Origin: Patescibacteria group bacterium
GTDB lineage: Bacteria; Patescibacteriota; UBA1384; 2-12-FULL-50-11
Length of the DNA: 64,000 nt
Reading direction: 5' to 3'
Assembly (NCBI GenBank): GCA_022843855.1
Contig: JALHMV010000002.1
Span: 14,496 to 78,495, forward strand
A model generated the notes under the pieces. That model was not told where the DNA came from and searched no databases. It worked only from the letters and a program-made list of their open reading frames with translations. Shown in pieces: positions 8,327 through 17,300 of this stretch. Positions within the stretch are counted from its first letter, which is position 1. Every line of letters starts with the position of its first letter. Both the position numbers and the translations under genes were made by a program.

Positions 8327-9409
8327 ATGAAGCGGCTTCGAGGTATCGGTATTGGCCTGCTAATCACGGTCGGGCTTGTTGGTAGCCTCTCGACTGAGCT
8401 GCGCGCCCAACAATCAAACTCCGGCGTCAATCAGACAGACCGGCTGTTCTTTTCGCCCAGCAGCCTCTCGCCTCTGCTTAGTCAACCGAGCACGACAACG
8501 ATCCGCCTCGACAGCGCCCAGGGAGTGAGTATCGTTTCGCTCGTCCTCAACTACCCGGCCGAACGACTGCGAGTGACTGCGGTTGACTTCTCTGGCTCAG
8601 TCTTCGAAGAAGAAGTTGAACCGGTGACTGATACCAACGGCGAACTGCGCTTTAGCCGCGCTACTTTCCAGGAGAATGGCTATCTCGGCGGCGACGGTCT
8701 TGTCGGTCGGATCAGCTTTGAAGCGATAGCGACCGGTGAGAGCTCCGTAACGGTTGCGGTCGATCAGTCAGAAGTGCTCCACTACATTACTGGCGACAAC
8801 GTGCTTGCCTCGGCTGATAGGCTGACGATCGCCGCCCAGGCGAGCGGCCAAAGCGGATCCGGCAATAACCAATCCGGTGGTGGCGGGGGCGCTGGCTCTA
8901 ATCAAAGCTCGAACAAAAAAACCTCAAAGCGCTCATCGACTATCACGCCGATCGAAATACCGCTGCCGCCGAGCGGTCGTTTGAGCGACATTCGGGCAAC
9001 GGTCGACCAGACTGAGGCGACGATCGCCTGGCAGACCAGCGAAGCGTACGGTTACCGCTTGCTGTTTGGGCCGGATCAAACGGACCTGCAGCCGGAGCGA
9101 CGGCTCGAGCAAAAAGTCGCGCTAACCGAGCACTCAGCCCGTCTCAGTCAACTGACCCCGTGCACAACGTATCGTTTCACACTCAATCTCCTCACCGCCG
9201 TTGATTGGAGCGTGATTGACGAGCCGTATCAAGCCAGCTTCCGGACGCTCGGCTGCGACCAATCAGACGACGCCGTGACGTTGCCGGCGATCGATCGAAA
9301 CTCGGACGGACGTCGAACAATGGCTCTATTCTTGCTTGGACTCTTTATCCTGACCGCCACAACGACCTATCTGATGATCCGCCGCCGGCATCGGGGCGTA
9401 GCGCGCTAG
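8327..9409 (+). CDS. Membrane-anchored surface protein: signal peptide, cohesin-like beta-sandwich region, Ser/Gly/Asn-rich linker, FN3-like domain, C-terminal transmembrane anchor with a basic stop-transfer sequence
   Basis: MKRLRGIGIGLLITVGLVGSLS signal. VSLVLNYPAERLRVTAVDFSG...GLVGRISFEAIATGESSVTV resembles cohesin. TEATIAWQTSEAYGYRLLFGP...TPCTTYRF resembles FN3. C-terminus LFLLGLFILTATTTYLMIRRRHRG. Confidence 0.7.
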   Translation: MKRLRGIGIGLLITVGLVGSLSTELRAQQSNSGVNQTDRLFFSPSSLSPLLSQPSTTTIRLDSAQGVSIVSLVLNYPAERLRVTAVDFSGSVFEEEVEPVTDTNGELRFSRATFQENGYLGGDGLVGRISFEAIATGESSVTVAVDQSEVLHYITGDNVLASADRLTIAAQASGQSGSGNNQSGGGGGAGSNQSSNKKTSKRSSTITPIEIPLPPSGRLSDIRATVDQTEATIAWQTSEAYGYRLLFGPDQTDLQPERRLEQKVALTEHSARLSQLTPCTTYRFTLNLLTAVDWSVIDEPYQASFRTLGCDQSDDAVTLPAIDRNSDGRRTMALFLLGLFILTATTTYLMIRRRHRGVAR

Positions 9410-9654
9410 CGAGTCATCGGCTCCAGGCGCTGTTTGATCCGGCTTCCCAGCGTGGGGTGACTGACGCGCTGGACAGCGAGACGAAGACGGCGGCCATCAT
9501 CACTGCGGCCAAGGTCATGGTGGCCAGTCGAGTCGGAGTCTTCATTTTCTTGCCTCGAACCACTACACCGCTTGAGCTCAGCAGTTCAAGCCCACAACAC
9601 ACCCGCTCAGGCACTAGAAGCAAGAGAGAACGCTCTGATTTATTTTATTGGGAA

Positions 9655-9677
9655 AGCCCCCGCCAATCTGGCGGGGG
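9655..9677. terminator. Perfect 10-bp inverted repeat (GCCCCCGCCA atc TGGCGGGGGC) in a 540-bp intergenic region; possible terminator or protein-binding site
   Basis: Read directly. Flanked by A/T-rich sequence on the 5' side. Confidence 0.25.
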
Positions 9678-9949
9678 CATGGGGATGGACTCGGTCCGAT
9701 CAGGACCGGGTCGTGATCGGCTCTTGCTGCCTCGTTGGCAGCCTCAAGATTACACGCGCGGTCCGCGGACCCGCCCGACATCGGGCAAAGTTGTCTGACA
9801 TGATTGTCCTTGATCTTACCGGCACGGTCGCTGGCTAGATCAAGTGAAGAATACCATTTATCTTTGGATTAGTCAACAATTACGAGCACAGTTTTCGCTG
9901 AGTTATTGTGCGACTAGACAACCACCACGGCGCTCGGTAGCCTGAAAGT

Positions 9950-11281
9950 ATGAGCTCGACGCGCCGGATCTTTCTCTTCATCGCCCTGCCGCTGGTAGCG
10001 GTGTTTCTATTGATCGGCTACTTCTGGATAACGGACGTTGACAATAGCGGTCAACGAAAGACCGGCGACGGTCGCACGCAATACACGATCGACTGCCAAC
10101 CGCCCGACGAGCATCAGTGGTACCGCACCGATAATACTTTCCTCATCGATCATAAGAATCCAGACACCCTCTATGTCAGTGTCGAGTGGAAGGGCTTCTT
10201 CAAGTCAGTTGACGGCGGCGAGACCTGGACAAAAGTAGTGAACGGCATCTTCAGCGACCATATTGATAAAGTGACGAAAGAGAACTGCTACGGCGAGTAC
10301 CCAGCGGCGGTTATGGATCCAGAAAATCCCAACAGAATACTGCTAGCTACTTCCGGCTCTCCGGGTACTTTGAAAGACATTAACTCACAAGGCGGTGGCA
10401 TCTACGAAACTACCGACGGCGGCGAGAGTTGGACGCAGAAGATTCGCAACGACATGAACGTCTACTCGACCCGACTCGGGCTCGCGTTTAAACCTGGCGA
10501 CACTCAGACGTACTACTACGGCACCAGCGCTGCGCCGGCATCATATAACGAGGCCGATCAAACTAAGATATTCGTAACGAAAGGGATCATCTATCAGACA
10601 ACCGACAACGGGCAGACATGGACTGAACTTGAAACTGGTTTCATAAAGAACGCCCGACTAATGAGTATCATGGTCCACCCATCTAAGCCGGATACAATCA
10701 CGGCCGCAACAGCGGTCATCAACCGAAATATCGAGGGTCCGAACGATATCGCCGCCCAACAGATGGGTATCATCCAAACCACAGATGGCGGCAAAACGTG
10801 GAAGCGTGTCGACAACCTGCCGGTCGGCTACGAAGGCTCACAAGAAACAAAAGCGGCTCCGTCTAACGGTGACAATATGTTTCATATCCCCATGATCCAA
10901 GGCGACGACAATCTGCCGAAAGCTTTCTACTCACTTGACGGTGGGAAGACGTGGCTGGAGTCAGCTAAACATATGGACTCTGTTTCATACGACCCCCACG
11001 ATCTGAGCGGTAAGCGTCTACTCGGCTACTCTTGGCAGTGTATGGGTGAATGTCAAAAGACGCTCTGGCAAAGTCTCGACGCCGGTAAGTCCTGGCAGTC
11101 GTTCGGAACACTACCCAGCGAGATTAAGAACATCATGGATCAGAAAACTCGTGTACAGAACATCGTCTGGCATCCAACCAACAAGAGTACTTTCTTCATG
11201 ACTGGCGCCGGTGGTTTAGTCTGGAAGACAACTGACAACGGTTCGAGCTGGAACAAACTGCTCGACTACGGTCAATTATAG
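9950..11281 (+). CDS. BNR/Asp-box repeat beta-propeller protein with an N-terminal membrane anchor (paralog of 1444..2763)
   Basis: Asp-boxes SVDGGETW, TTDGGESW, TTDNGQTW, TTDGGKTW, SLDGGKTW, SLDAGKSW, TTDNGSSW. Shares the C-x-P-x-D-x-x-QWYRTD motif with the paralog. Confidence 0.75.
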   Translation: MSSTRRIFLFIALPLVAVFLLIGYFWITDVDNSGQRKTGDGRTQYTIDCQPPDEHQWYRTDNTFLIDHKNPDTLYVSVEWKGFFKSVDGGETWTKVVNGIFSDHIDKVTKENCYGEYPAAVMDPENPNRILLATSGSPGTLKDINSQGGGIYETTDGGESWTQKIRNDMNVYSTRLGLAFKPGDTQTYYYGTSAAPASYNEADQTKIFVTKGIIYQTTDNGQTWTELETGFIKNARLMSIMVHPSKPDTITAATAVINRNIEGPNDIAAQQMGIIQTTDGGKTWKRVDNLPVGYEGSQETKAAPSNGDNMFHIPMIQGDDNLPKAFYSLDGGKTWLESAKHMDSVSYDPHDLSGKRLLGYSWQCMGECQKTLWQSLDAGKSWQSFGTLPSEIKNIMDQKTRVQNIVWHPTNKSTFFMTGAGGLVWKTTDNGSSWNKLLDYGQL

Positions 11282-11329
11282 GCCGGGTCTCGACTCCCAG
11301 GCTAACAGCAGTTACAATTACCGATAACT

Positions 11330-12307
11330 ATGCCAAATGGAAACGCCATTATCGTCAAAGGTTTGCGTAAATCGTACGGCAAGACCGAAGTCTTGAAGGG
11401 CGTTGATCTTGTCGTCGAAAAGGGAACGATGCTCGCCTTGCTTGGACCCAACGGCGCCGGTAAAACAACGGTCGTTCGGATCTTAAGCACCCTCCTTTCT
11501 CATGACGGCGGCGAAGCTTCGGTCAACGGCTACGACACCGCTACCCAATCCAACGAAGTTCGCAGCGTCATCGGCCTGACTGGTCAGTACGCCGCTGTCG
11601 ACGAATACCTAACCGGCCGCCAGAATCTCCTAATGATGGGTCGGCTGTATCGCCTGAGCGCTGCTGGCGCCAGACAGAGAGCCGAAGAGTTGCTCGAGCA
11701 ATTCGACCTCGTCGACGCTGCCAACCGCGTTGTTAAGAAGTACTCCGGCGGCATGCGGCGCCGTCTCGACCTGGCGATCAGCCTCATTGCGACGCCGCCG
11801 ATCATCTTCCTGGACGAGCCGACCACCGGCCTCGACCCACGCAGCCGCTTGGCGATGTGGGACGTTATCCGCAAGCTAATGGATTCCGGCGCGACGATCC
11901 TATTAACCACTCAGTATCTCGAGGAGGCTGATCAGCTCGCCGACAAGATCGCGGTCATTGACCAGGGTCGAGTTATCGCCGAAGGAACAGCCGACGAGCT
12001 CAAGCAGAAAGTCGGGAGCGACCGGCTCGAACTTACAATGGCAACCGACGCTGATTTCGCCAAGGCCGAAAAAATCGTCAGCGGAGATAATAAACAGACC
12101 CACCCGAAACGACGCGTTATTAGTATCGCCACATCGGGCGGTGTTTCGGGCTTAAACGCTGTCCTCTCTAGCCTTGAGAATGCCGGCGTAACCGTCGAAA
12201 CGCTCTCACTTCACAAGCCAACGCTCGACGACGTTTTCTTGCACCTAACCGGCCACGGCGCCGAGGCCGAAGAGCACGAGCCCAACATCGAGGAAACCCA
12301 TGTCTAA
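11330..12307 (+). CDS. ABC transporter ATP-binding protein (DrrA-like, ABC-2 type exporter)
   Basis: Walker A GPNGAGKTT, ABC signature YSGGMRRRL, Walker B IIFLDEPTTGLD. Confidence 0.85.
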   Translation: MPNGNAIIVKGLRKSYGKTEVLKGVDLVVEKGTMLALLGPNGAGKTTVVRILSTLLSHDGGEASVNGYDTATQSNEVRSVIGLTGQYAAVDEYLTGRQNLLMMGRLYRLSAAGARQRAEELLEQFDLVDAANRVVKKYSGGMRRRLDLAISLIATPPIIFLDEPTTGLDPRSRLAMWDVIRKLMDSGATILLTTQYLEEADQLADKIAVIDQGRVIAEGTADELKQKVGSDRLELTMATDADFAKAEKIVSGDNKQTHPKRRVISIATSGGVSGLNAVLSSLENAGVTVETLSLHKPTLDDVFLHLTGHGAEAEEHEPNIEETHV

Positions 12308-13106
12308 CGCTACCGTTTCAACGAAGCCAGTCCAAAGCAGTGCGCTTGGACGGATCTTTTCCGACTCCGCCACGCTTATCAAGCGCAACCTGACTCATAT
12401 AAAGAACAACCCCGATCAGCTGCTCTCAATGGTTTTGCAGCCGGTGATGTTTATGTTGCTCTTCCGTTACGTCTTTGGTGGCGCCATTAACACCGGTGGA
12501 ACAAGTTACGTCAACTTCTTAACCGCCGGTATATTGGTCCAGGGCGCAGCCTTCGGCGCCACCACCACCGCGCTTGGCGTCGCGACCGACTTGCAACGCG
12601 GTATTATCGATCGCTTCCGCTCGCTACCGATGTTTAGTTCAGCCGTCTTAATCGGCCACGTCACAGCCGACCTTGTTCGTAACACCGTCTCCTCCGCGAT
12701 CATGATTGGAGTCGGTTTGATGGTTGGCTTTCGTCCCGAAGCCAACCTTGTCGAATGGTTAATGGCAGCCGGTATCCTCCTGCTCTTTACCTTCGCCATC
12801 TCCTGGCTCTCCGCTATTCTCGGCCTCCTGAGTAAGAGTATCGAAGCGGTCCAGTGGTTTAGCTTTATCGCCATCTTCCCCTTAACATTCGCCTCAAGCG
12901 CTTTCGTTCCAACCGACGGGATGCCGGCCGGTTTGCGATGGTTTGCCGAGAATCAGCCGATTACCCACGTCATCGAAGCCTTACGTGCACTCTTAGTTGG
13001 CACGCCGATCGACAATCACGGGTGGCTGGCCGTTGTCTGGTGTCTTGGTGCGATCGCCGTCTCGGTCCCGCTGACTGCCTACCTCTTCCGCCGCTATTCA
13101 AAGTAA
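12300..13106 (+). CDS. ABC-2 family transporter permease
   Basis: Overlaps the ATPase gene by 8 nt. Six predicted transmembrane helices with an ABC-2-like layout. Confidence 0.75.
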   Translation: MSNATVSTKPVQSSALGRIFSDSATLIKRNLTHIKNNPDQLLSMVLQPVMFMLLFRYVFGGAINTGGTSYVNFLTAGILVQGAAFGATTTALGVATDLQRGIIDRFRSLPMFSSAVLIGHVTADLVRNTVSSAIMIGVGLMVGFRPEANLVEWLMAAGILLLFTFAISWLSAILGLLSKSIEAVQWFSFIAIFPLTFASSAFVPTDGMPAGLRWFAENQPITHVIEALRALLVGTPIDNHGWLAVVWCLGAIAVSVPLTAYLFRRYSK

Positions 13107-13144
13107 GCGGTCGACAATAGGCATCGAGGGCGTACAATACCGCT

Positions 13145-13375
13145 ATGGACTATACAAAATTTGTGAACCTCAGCGGCTTTGAGTTCTCTGGAGCTAGCCT
13201 TGTTATCTTTGTCCTTTTGGCAATCTGGGAGCTGGCATGGAAAGGCCTAGCCTTATGGCGCGCGGCTGGGTTACGACAGAGCGGTTGGTTTGTCGCAATC
13301 CTCATCCTCAATACGTTCGGCGTTCTGCCGATTCTATATCTATACGTTTTCTCTAAGAAAAGTGTCACGCAGTAA
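13145..13375 (+). CDS. Small two-TM membrane protein (conserved hypothetical)
   Basis: 76 aa. Hydrophobic helices FVLLAIWELAWKGLALW and WFVAILILNTFGVLPILYLYVF. Confidence 0.5.
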   Translation: MDYTKFVNLSGFEFSGASLVIFVLLAIWELAWKGLALWRAAGLRQSGWFVAILILNTFGVLPILYLYVFSKKSVTQ

Positions 13376-13887
13376 TGCCCCAGAAGATATCGACTTGTCT
13401 CTGGTTTGATAGCGAAGCCGAGGAAGCCGCCGCGTTTTACACATCGGTTTTTCCCAACTCTAAAGTTGTGAGCACCCAGCGCTACCCCGAAGGTGGCGAA
13501 GGGGTAACCGGCAAACCAGCCGGATCGGTGATGACGGTTAGCTTCGAGATAGAAGGTCGCGAGTTCTTGGCCTTAAACGGCGGCGACGACTTCAAGTTTA
13601 ACGAATCCGTCTCCTTTATTATCGACTGTAAGGATCAGGAAGAAGCAGATCATTACTGGAATACCCTCACCACCAACGGCGGACAGGAGAGTATGTGCGG
13701 GTGGCTGAAAGACAAATACGGCGTTTCTTGGCAGATTGCCCCTCGACGACTTAACGAACTCCTGGCTGATCCCGATAAAGAAAGAGCGAAACGCGTGATG
13801 CACGCGATGCTACAAATGCGTCGCATCGATATCGCCGCGTTAGAAGAGGCTGCTAATGGAGCTTCCAAAAACCAGTCAGCCGGCTAG
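13375..13887 (+). CDS. VOC-superfamily protein of the PhnB / 3-demethylubiquinone-9 3-methyltransferase-like family
   Basis: N-terminus ISTCLWFDSEAEEAAAFY and overall length fit that family. Confidence 0.65.
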   Translation: MPQKISTCLWFDSEAEEAAAFYTSVFPNSKVVSTQRYPEGGEGVTGKPAGSVMTVSFEIEGREFLALNGGDDFKFNESVSFIIDCKDQEEADHYWNTLTTNGGQESMCGWLKDKYGVSWQIAPRRLNELLADPDKERAKRVMHAMLQMRRIDIAALEEAANGASKNQSAG

Positions 13888-14038
13888 CCGAGCGCTGGCC
13901 GCTATCGGGGTAAAGTCGCTTGAGGACTTAACTAGATTCACCAGAAAAGAAATTGCCGACCTACACGGTATGGGGCCAAAGGCGCTCGATATTTTGTCGG
14001 CCCATCTGCGCACGGCTCATCTTGATTTCAGACCATGA
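13856..14038 (+). CDS. Small helix-hairpin-helix DNA-binding protein (RpoA-CTD-like)
   Basis: LEDLTRFTRKEIADLHGMGPKALDIL HhH motif. Overlaps neighbours on both sides. Confidence 0.4.
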   Translation: MELPKTSQPASRALAAIGVKSLEDLTRFTRKEIADLHGMGPKALDILSAHLRTAHLDFRP

Positions 14039-14391
14039 CGAAACCAAAAACAGTTGAGGCCTACATCGCCAGTTTTCCGCCAGACACTCAAACAAAGCTC
14101 ACTGCAATACGCACGATCATCAAGAAGACCGCCCCCGAAGCCGAGGAGGGTATTAGTTACGGTATCGCCGGCTATACGCTTAACGGTCCGCTCGTCTATT
14201 TGGGCGGCTACAAGCAACATGTCAGCCTGTTTGCGACCGCGAGCCAACGGGTGGCCACAAAGTTTGCTCATGATCTCGCACCGTACAAACAATCGAAAGG
14301 AACCATTCAGTTTAAACTTAGCGAACCGCTCCCAACCGAACTAATACGCCGGATTATTACCGAACGAGTCCTGGAAAATACTGGCCGCTAA
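14035..14391 (+). CDS. DUF1801 (YdhG-like) domain protein
   Basis: VEAYIASFPPDTQTKL...ISYGIAGYTLNGPLVYLGGYKQHVSLF is the family pattern. ATGA overlap with the upstream gene. Confidence 0.6.
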   Translation: MTKPKTVEAYIASFPPDTQTKLTAIRTIIKKTAPEAEEGISYGIAGYTLNGPLVYLGGYKQHVSLFATASQRVATKFAHDLAPYKQSKGTIQFKLSEPLPTELIRRIITERVLENTGR

Positions 14392-14424
14392 GACGGTGAG
14401 TCCTTTTATTGCTACAGTTATTCT

Positions 14425-15216
14425 ATGAGTTCAACACGAAAACTTTTTACCTTCATTGCGCTCCCACTGGTTATTATTTTTGTCGTCGTTACGGTTTTGG
14501 CGTCTCGCACTGGCGGGAAGAGCGACGGACCGTCTGCTGCGGAATCGGAGACGGTAGAGAGCGAGGACTCTTCCGCGGCTCAACTCAAACTTCAAAACCT
14601 TGGCGGCATTACACTAGCTGCCTATAACGCCGCTAGCGGTCTAGCGGGTGATATTAAGTTCTCTAAGAATGGACTCGACACGGCTCGGGGCCTGGAAACC
14701 CCGTTCTTCATGTTCGGCCAGAACCTTCCCAAGAACAGCGTCGACGAACCGCAACGAATCAACCCGAATTTTGAGTTCCGTAATATTGCAACTCAAATCG
14801 ACATTATCGCGGCCATCGACGGCATCGTCGTTGACCTCAAACAGCAGCCGGGCAGTAACGATTACGAGATCTTTCTCATCCCAAACGACAATAGTCCGTG
14901 GGTAGTTGGCTACGACCACGTTGTCTCGCCAACAGTCAAGCGCGGCGAGAAAGTCAAAGTCGGTCAGAAACTTGGCCTTATCGCTCCGGAAAACTCCGGA
15001 GGCTATCGTTACGAACTGCAGATAAACAACAATAACGACGACACGATGCATTGCCCGACTGAATTGCTCGATGCGAGCGTGAAAGAGACGATTAGCGCAC
15101 AGATCACGCAACTCGCCGCTGACTGGGTGGCCTGGTACGGCAAAGACGTCTTTGGCACGCACACAAACGGCTGTCTCACACCAACGCTTACCGCCGCCAA
15201 ATCAGAAGGCCGCTAA
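14425..15216 (+). CDS. Secreted/anchored protein with a degenerate M23/LytM-like domain (no HxH); 2 Cys
   Basis: Signal-anchor MSSTRKLFTFIALPLVIIF, near-identical in type to that of the BNR gene at 9950. IDGIVVDL...VGQKLGLIAP...YRYELQI has an M23-like topology but lacks the catalytic His. Confidence 0.55.
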   Translation: MSSTRKLFTFIALPLVIIFVVVTVLASRTGGKSDGPSAAESETVESEDSSAAQLKLQNLGGITLAAYNAASGLAGDIKFSKNGLDTARGLETPFFMFGQNLPKNSVDEPQRINPNFEFRNIATQIDIIAAIDGIVVDLKQQPGSNDYEIFLIPNDNSPWVVGYDHVVSPTVKRGEKVKVGQKLGLIAPENSGGYRYELQINNNNDDTMHCPTELLDASVKETISAQITQLAADWVAWYGKDVFGTHTNGCLTPTLTAAKSEGR

Positions 15217-15255
15217 CCCCTTCGCAGACAAAGAACGTTGTAGTATGGTCGGACT

Positions 15256-15675
15256 ATGACTGCTCGCCAAACGCTGTACGCCCGCCTTGCTTTTGTCCTC
15301 GTTTTTTTCTCGGTTGTCGGCAGCCTGTATTTCAGTGAAGTTGCGGGCTTTCCGCCGTGCAAACTGTGTTGGGTTCAGCGCCTCGCAGTATTTCCATCAC
15401 TACTTATCCTGGGAGTCGGCCTGATACGGAAGGACTCACTGCTACACACGTATGTTTTACCGCTTGCTATCCCTGCGCTTTTGGTCTCGGCTTACCATAA
15501 TCTACTCTACTACGGCGTCCTCGCAGAATCCAAAGCAACCTGCGAAGCAGGCATCTCATGCACAACCAAATACATCGAGTGGTTCGGCTTTGTCACTATT
15601 CCGTTGCTAGCCCTGGTAGCCCTCGGTGGACTGACAACGTTAATGATTTTATTTCGACAAGAAGGAAGAAAGTAA
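15256..15675 (+). CDS. Disulfide bond formation protein B (BdbC/DsbB family)
   Basis: CKLCWVQR and a second Cys pair; four transmembrane helices; 139 aa. Confidence 0.75.
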   Translation: MTARQTLYARLAFVLVFFSVVGSLYFSEVAGFPPCKLCWVQRLAVFPSLLILGVGLIRKDSLLHTYVLPLAIPALLVSAYHNLLYYGVLAESKATCEAGISCTTKYIEWFGFVTIPLLALVALGGLTTLMILFRQEGRK

Positions 15676-15712
15676 TGATAGCCATTATATTTCGCAATGA
15701 AGGGAGAAAAGG

Positions 15713-16372
15713 ATGAGTTCGGATATGAAGTTCGTGAGCGTTATGATCGTCGTAGCCATCGCGGCGATTGCTGGCTTCTTTGTCTTTGGCCGCAACGGTG
15801 CCGAGACAAATGGCCCGATCGAACCAGCCGTATTGACTGACGCCGGTCAGCTCGTTCGAGAAGATTCGCCGGTGCGCGGTCCGGCTGATGCGAAGGTAAC
15901 AATCGTTGAGTTCGCCGATTTCCAATGCCCAGCCTGCAAGGCCGCCAAGCCAGTAATTCTGTCTGTTCTCGAAAAGAATCCAACGACCGTCAGGCTCGTT
16001 TTTCGTCATTTCCCAATCTCGTCAATCCACCAACACGCCGATCAAACCGCCCTATCGGCTGAAGCCGCCAAAAACCAAGGAAAGTTTTGGGAATGGTACG
16101 ACAAAATGTACGACGATCAAGAGGCTTGGAGCGCACAATCAAAGCGTAAGATTACCGAATTCCTCACTCAGATCGCCACAGATCTCGGGCTGAACACCGA
16201 GACGTTCACGACTGATGCAGCGGCGGCAGCGACTCGCGATATCGTCGCTCGCGACCTGGCTGACGCCGACGCGCTGGGCGTCAGCTCAACACCGACGTTT
16301 TTCGTCAACGGCCAGAAAATTGAGGGTACCAGCGCCCTCGAAGCCGCCGTTACCGCCGCGCTCGGACGGTAA
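15713..16372 (+). CDS. Thiol:disulfide oxidoreductase, DsbA/BdbD family
   Basis: N-terminal anchor, thioredoxin fold, CPAC active site (FADFQCPACKAAKP). Confidence 0.8.
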   Translation: MSSDMKFVSVMIVVAIAAIAGFFVFGRNGAETNGPIEPAVLTDAGQLVREDSPVRGPADAKVTIVEFADFQCPACKAAKPVILSVLEKNPTTVRLVFRHFPISSIHQHADQTALSAEAAKNQGKFWEWYDKMYDDQEAWSAQSKRKITEFLTQIATDLGLNTETFTTDAAAAATRDIVARDLADADALGVSSTPTFFVNGQKIEGTSALEAAVTAALGR

Positions 16373-16397
16373 CTTCGTTTTTGCTACGATTAACACG

Positions 16398-17219
16398 ATG
16401 AACACGAAAAGAGCACTGCTGATCGCTATCCCAGTGATTATTGTTGCGATAGGGGCGACGTACTACTTGATGGGCGGCGAGAGAGAGCCCGTTCAACCGA
16501 ACGATTCGGCCACGAACATCGAGCCAGAGCCAAAGAATACGGACGAGAAAGCGGTGACGTGGCAGTTTGACGGTCAGCGGTGGCAACCTTCCAATACACC
16601 GCCAGAGTGTGACGAGCCCCTGGTACTCCAAACCCCCGTTGATATCTCCAAAGTAACCGCCATCCTTTACCCGGGACAAACCCGTGGCCAATACAAGCCG
16701 CACGGAGGTTTTCGATTTGACGGTGCGCCAAACGAAATTACCGTGACCGCCCCATACGACGCAATTGTCACTCAGGCGAGTCGTTACATCGAAGGCGGAG
16801 AAGTTCAGTACCTCTTTGAATTTGTAAACGAGTGCGGCATCGCCTATCGCTTTGACCACCTCCTCACACTCTCTGACAAATTTCAGGCATTGGCCGAACA
16901 GCTTCCGGCAGCCAAGGCTGACGACTCCCGCACCACCCGCCTATCACCGGTCGCTGTGACAGCCGGCGAAACAATCGCCACGGCTATCGGCTTCGCCACA
17001 ACAAAAAATGTAACCGTCGACTTCGGCGTCTATAATCTCCGGACACCGAACAAAGCTTCAGAAAACGCAGCGTACAAGGCTGCTCACACAAACCAGTCCT
17101 CGCTGGCTTACTACGGGGTGTGTTGGCTCGATCTCTTACCAACAGATGATAAATTAACCGCCAAAGCCCTACCAGGTGGCGATGGCCAAGTCGGCAAGCA
17201 AAGTGATTACTGCGAGTAG
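16398..17219 (+). CDS. Secreted Cys-containing protein with a degenerate M23-like core
   Basis: Start taken at the first ATG (MNTKRALLIAIPVIIVAIGAT); the longer ORF 16215 overlaps dsbA. Cys at ECDEP, NECG, GVCW, DYCE. Confidence 0.55.
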   Translation: MNTKRALLIAIPVIIVAIGATYYLMGGEREPVQPNDSATNIEPEPKNTDEKAVTWQFDGQRWQPSNTPPECDEPLVLQTPVDISKVTAILYPGQTRGQYKPHGGFRFDGAPNEITVTAPYDAIVTQASRYIEGGEVQYLFEFVNECGIAYRFDHLLTLSDKFQALAEQLPAAKADDSRTTRLSPVAVTAGETIATAIGFATTKNVTVDFGVYNLRTPNKASENAAYKAAHTNQSSLAYYGVCWLDLLPTDDKLTAKALPGGDGQVGKQSDYCE

Positions 17220-17300
17220 AGCGAGCAGGAACCGAAGGATTACTGCGAGTAGAGCGAGCAGGAACCGAAGGATTACTGCGAGTAGAGCGAGCTCGCGATA
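17204..17300. repeat. 33-bp tandem direct repeat, about 2.7 copies (GATTACTGCGAGTAGAGCGAGCAGGAACCGAAG), which includes the stop codon of the upstream gene
   Basis: Read directly. The first copy overlaps the last codons and TAG of 16398..17219. It generates a repetitive antisense ORF (LLALLAVILRF repeated). Confidence 0.9.

Noticed and set aside
9414-9545. 43-aa minus-strand ORF with a signal-peptide-like N-terminus
   Set aside because: Weak RBS, no supporting context, convergent onto the end of the upstream gene; could not be supported.
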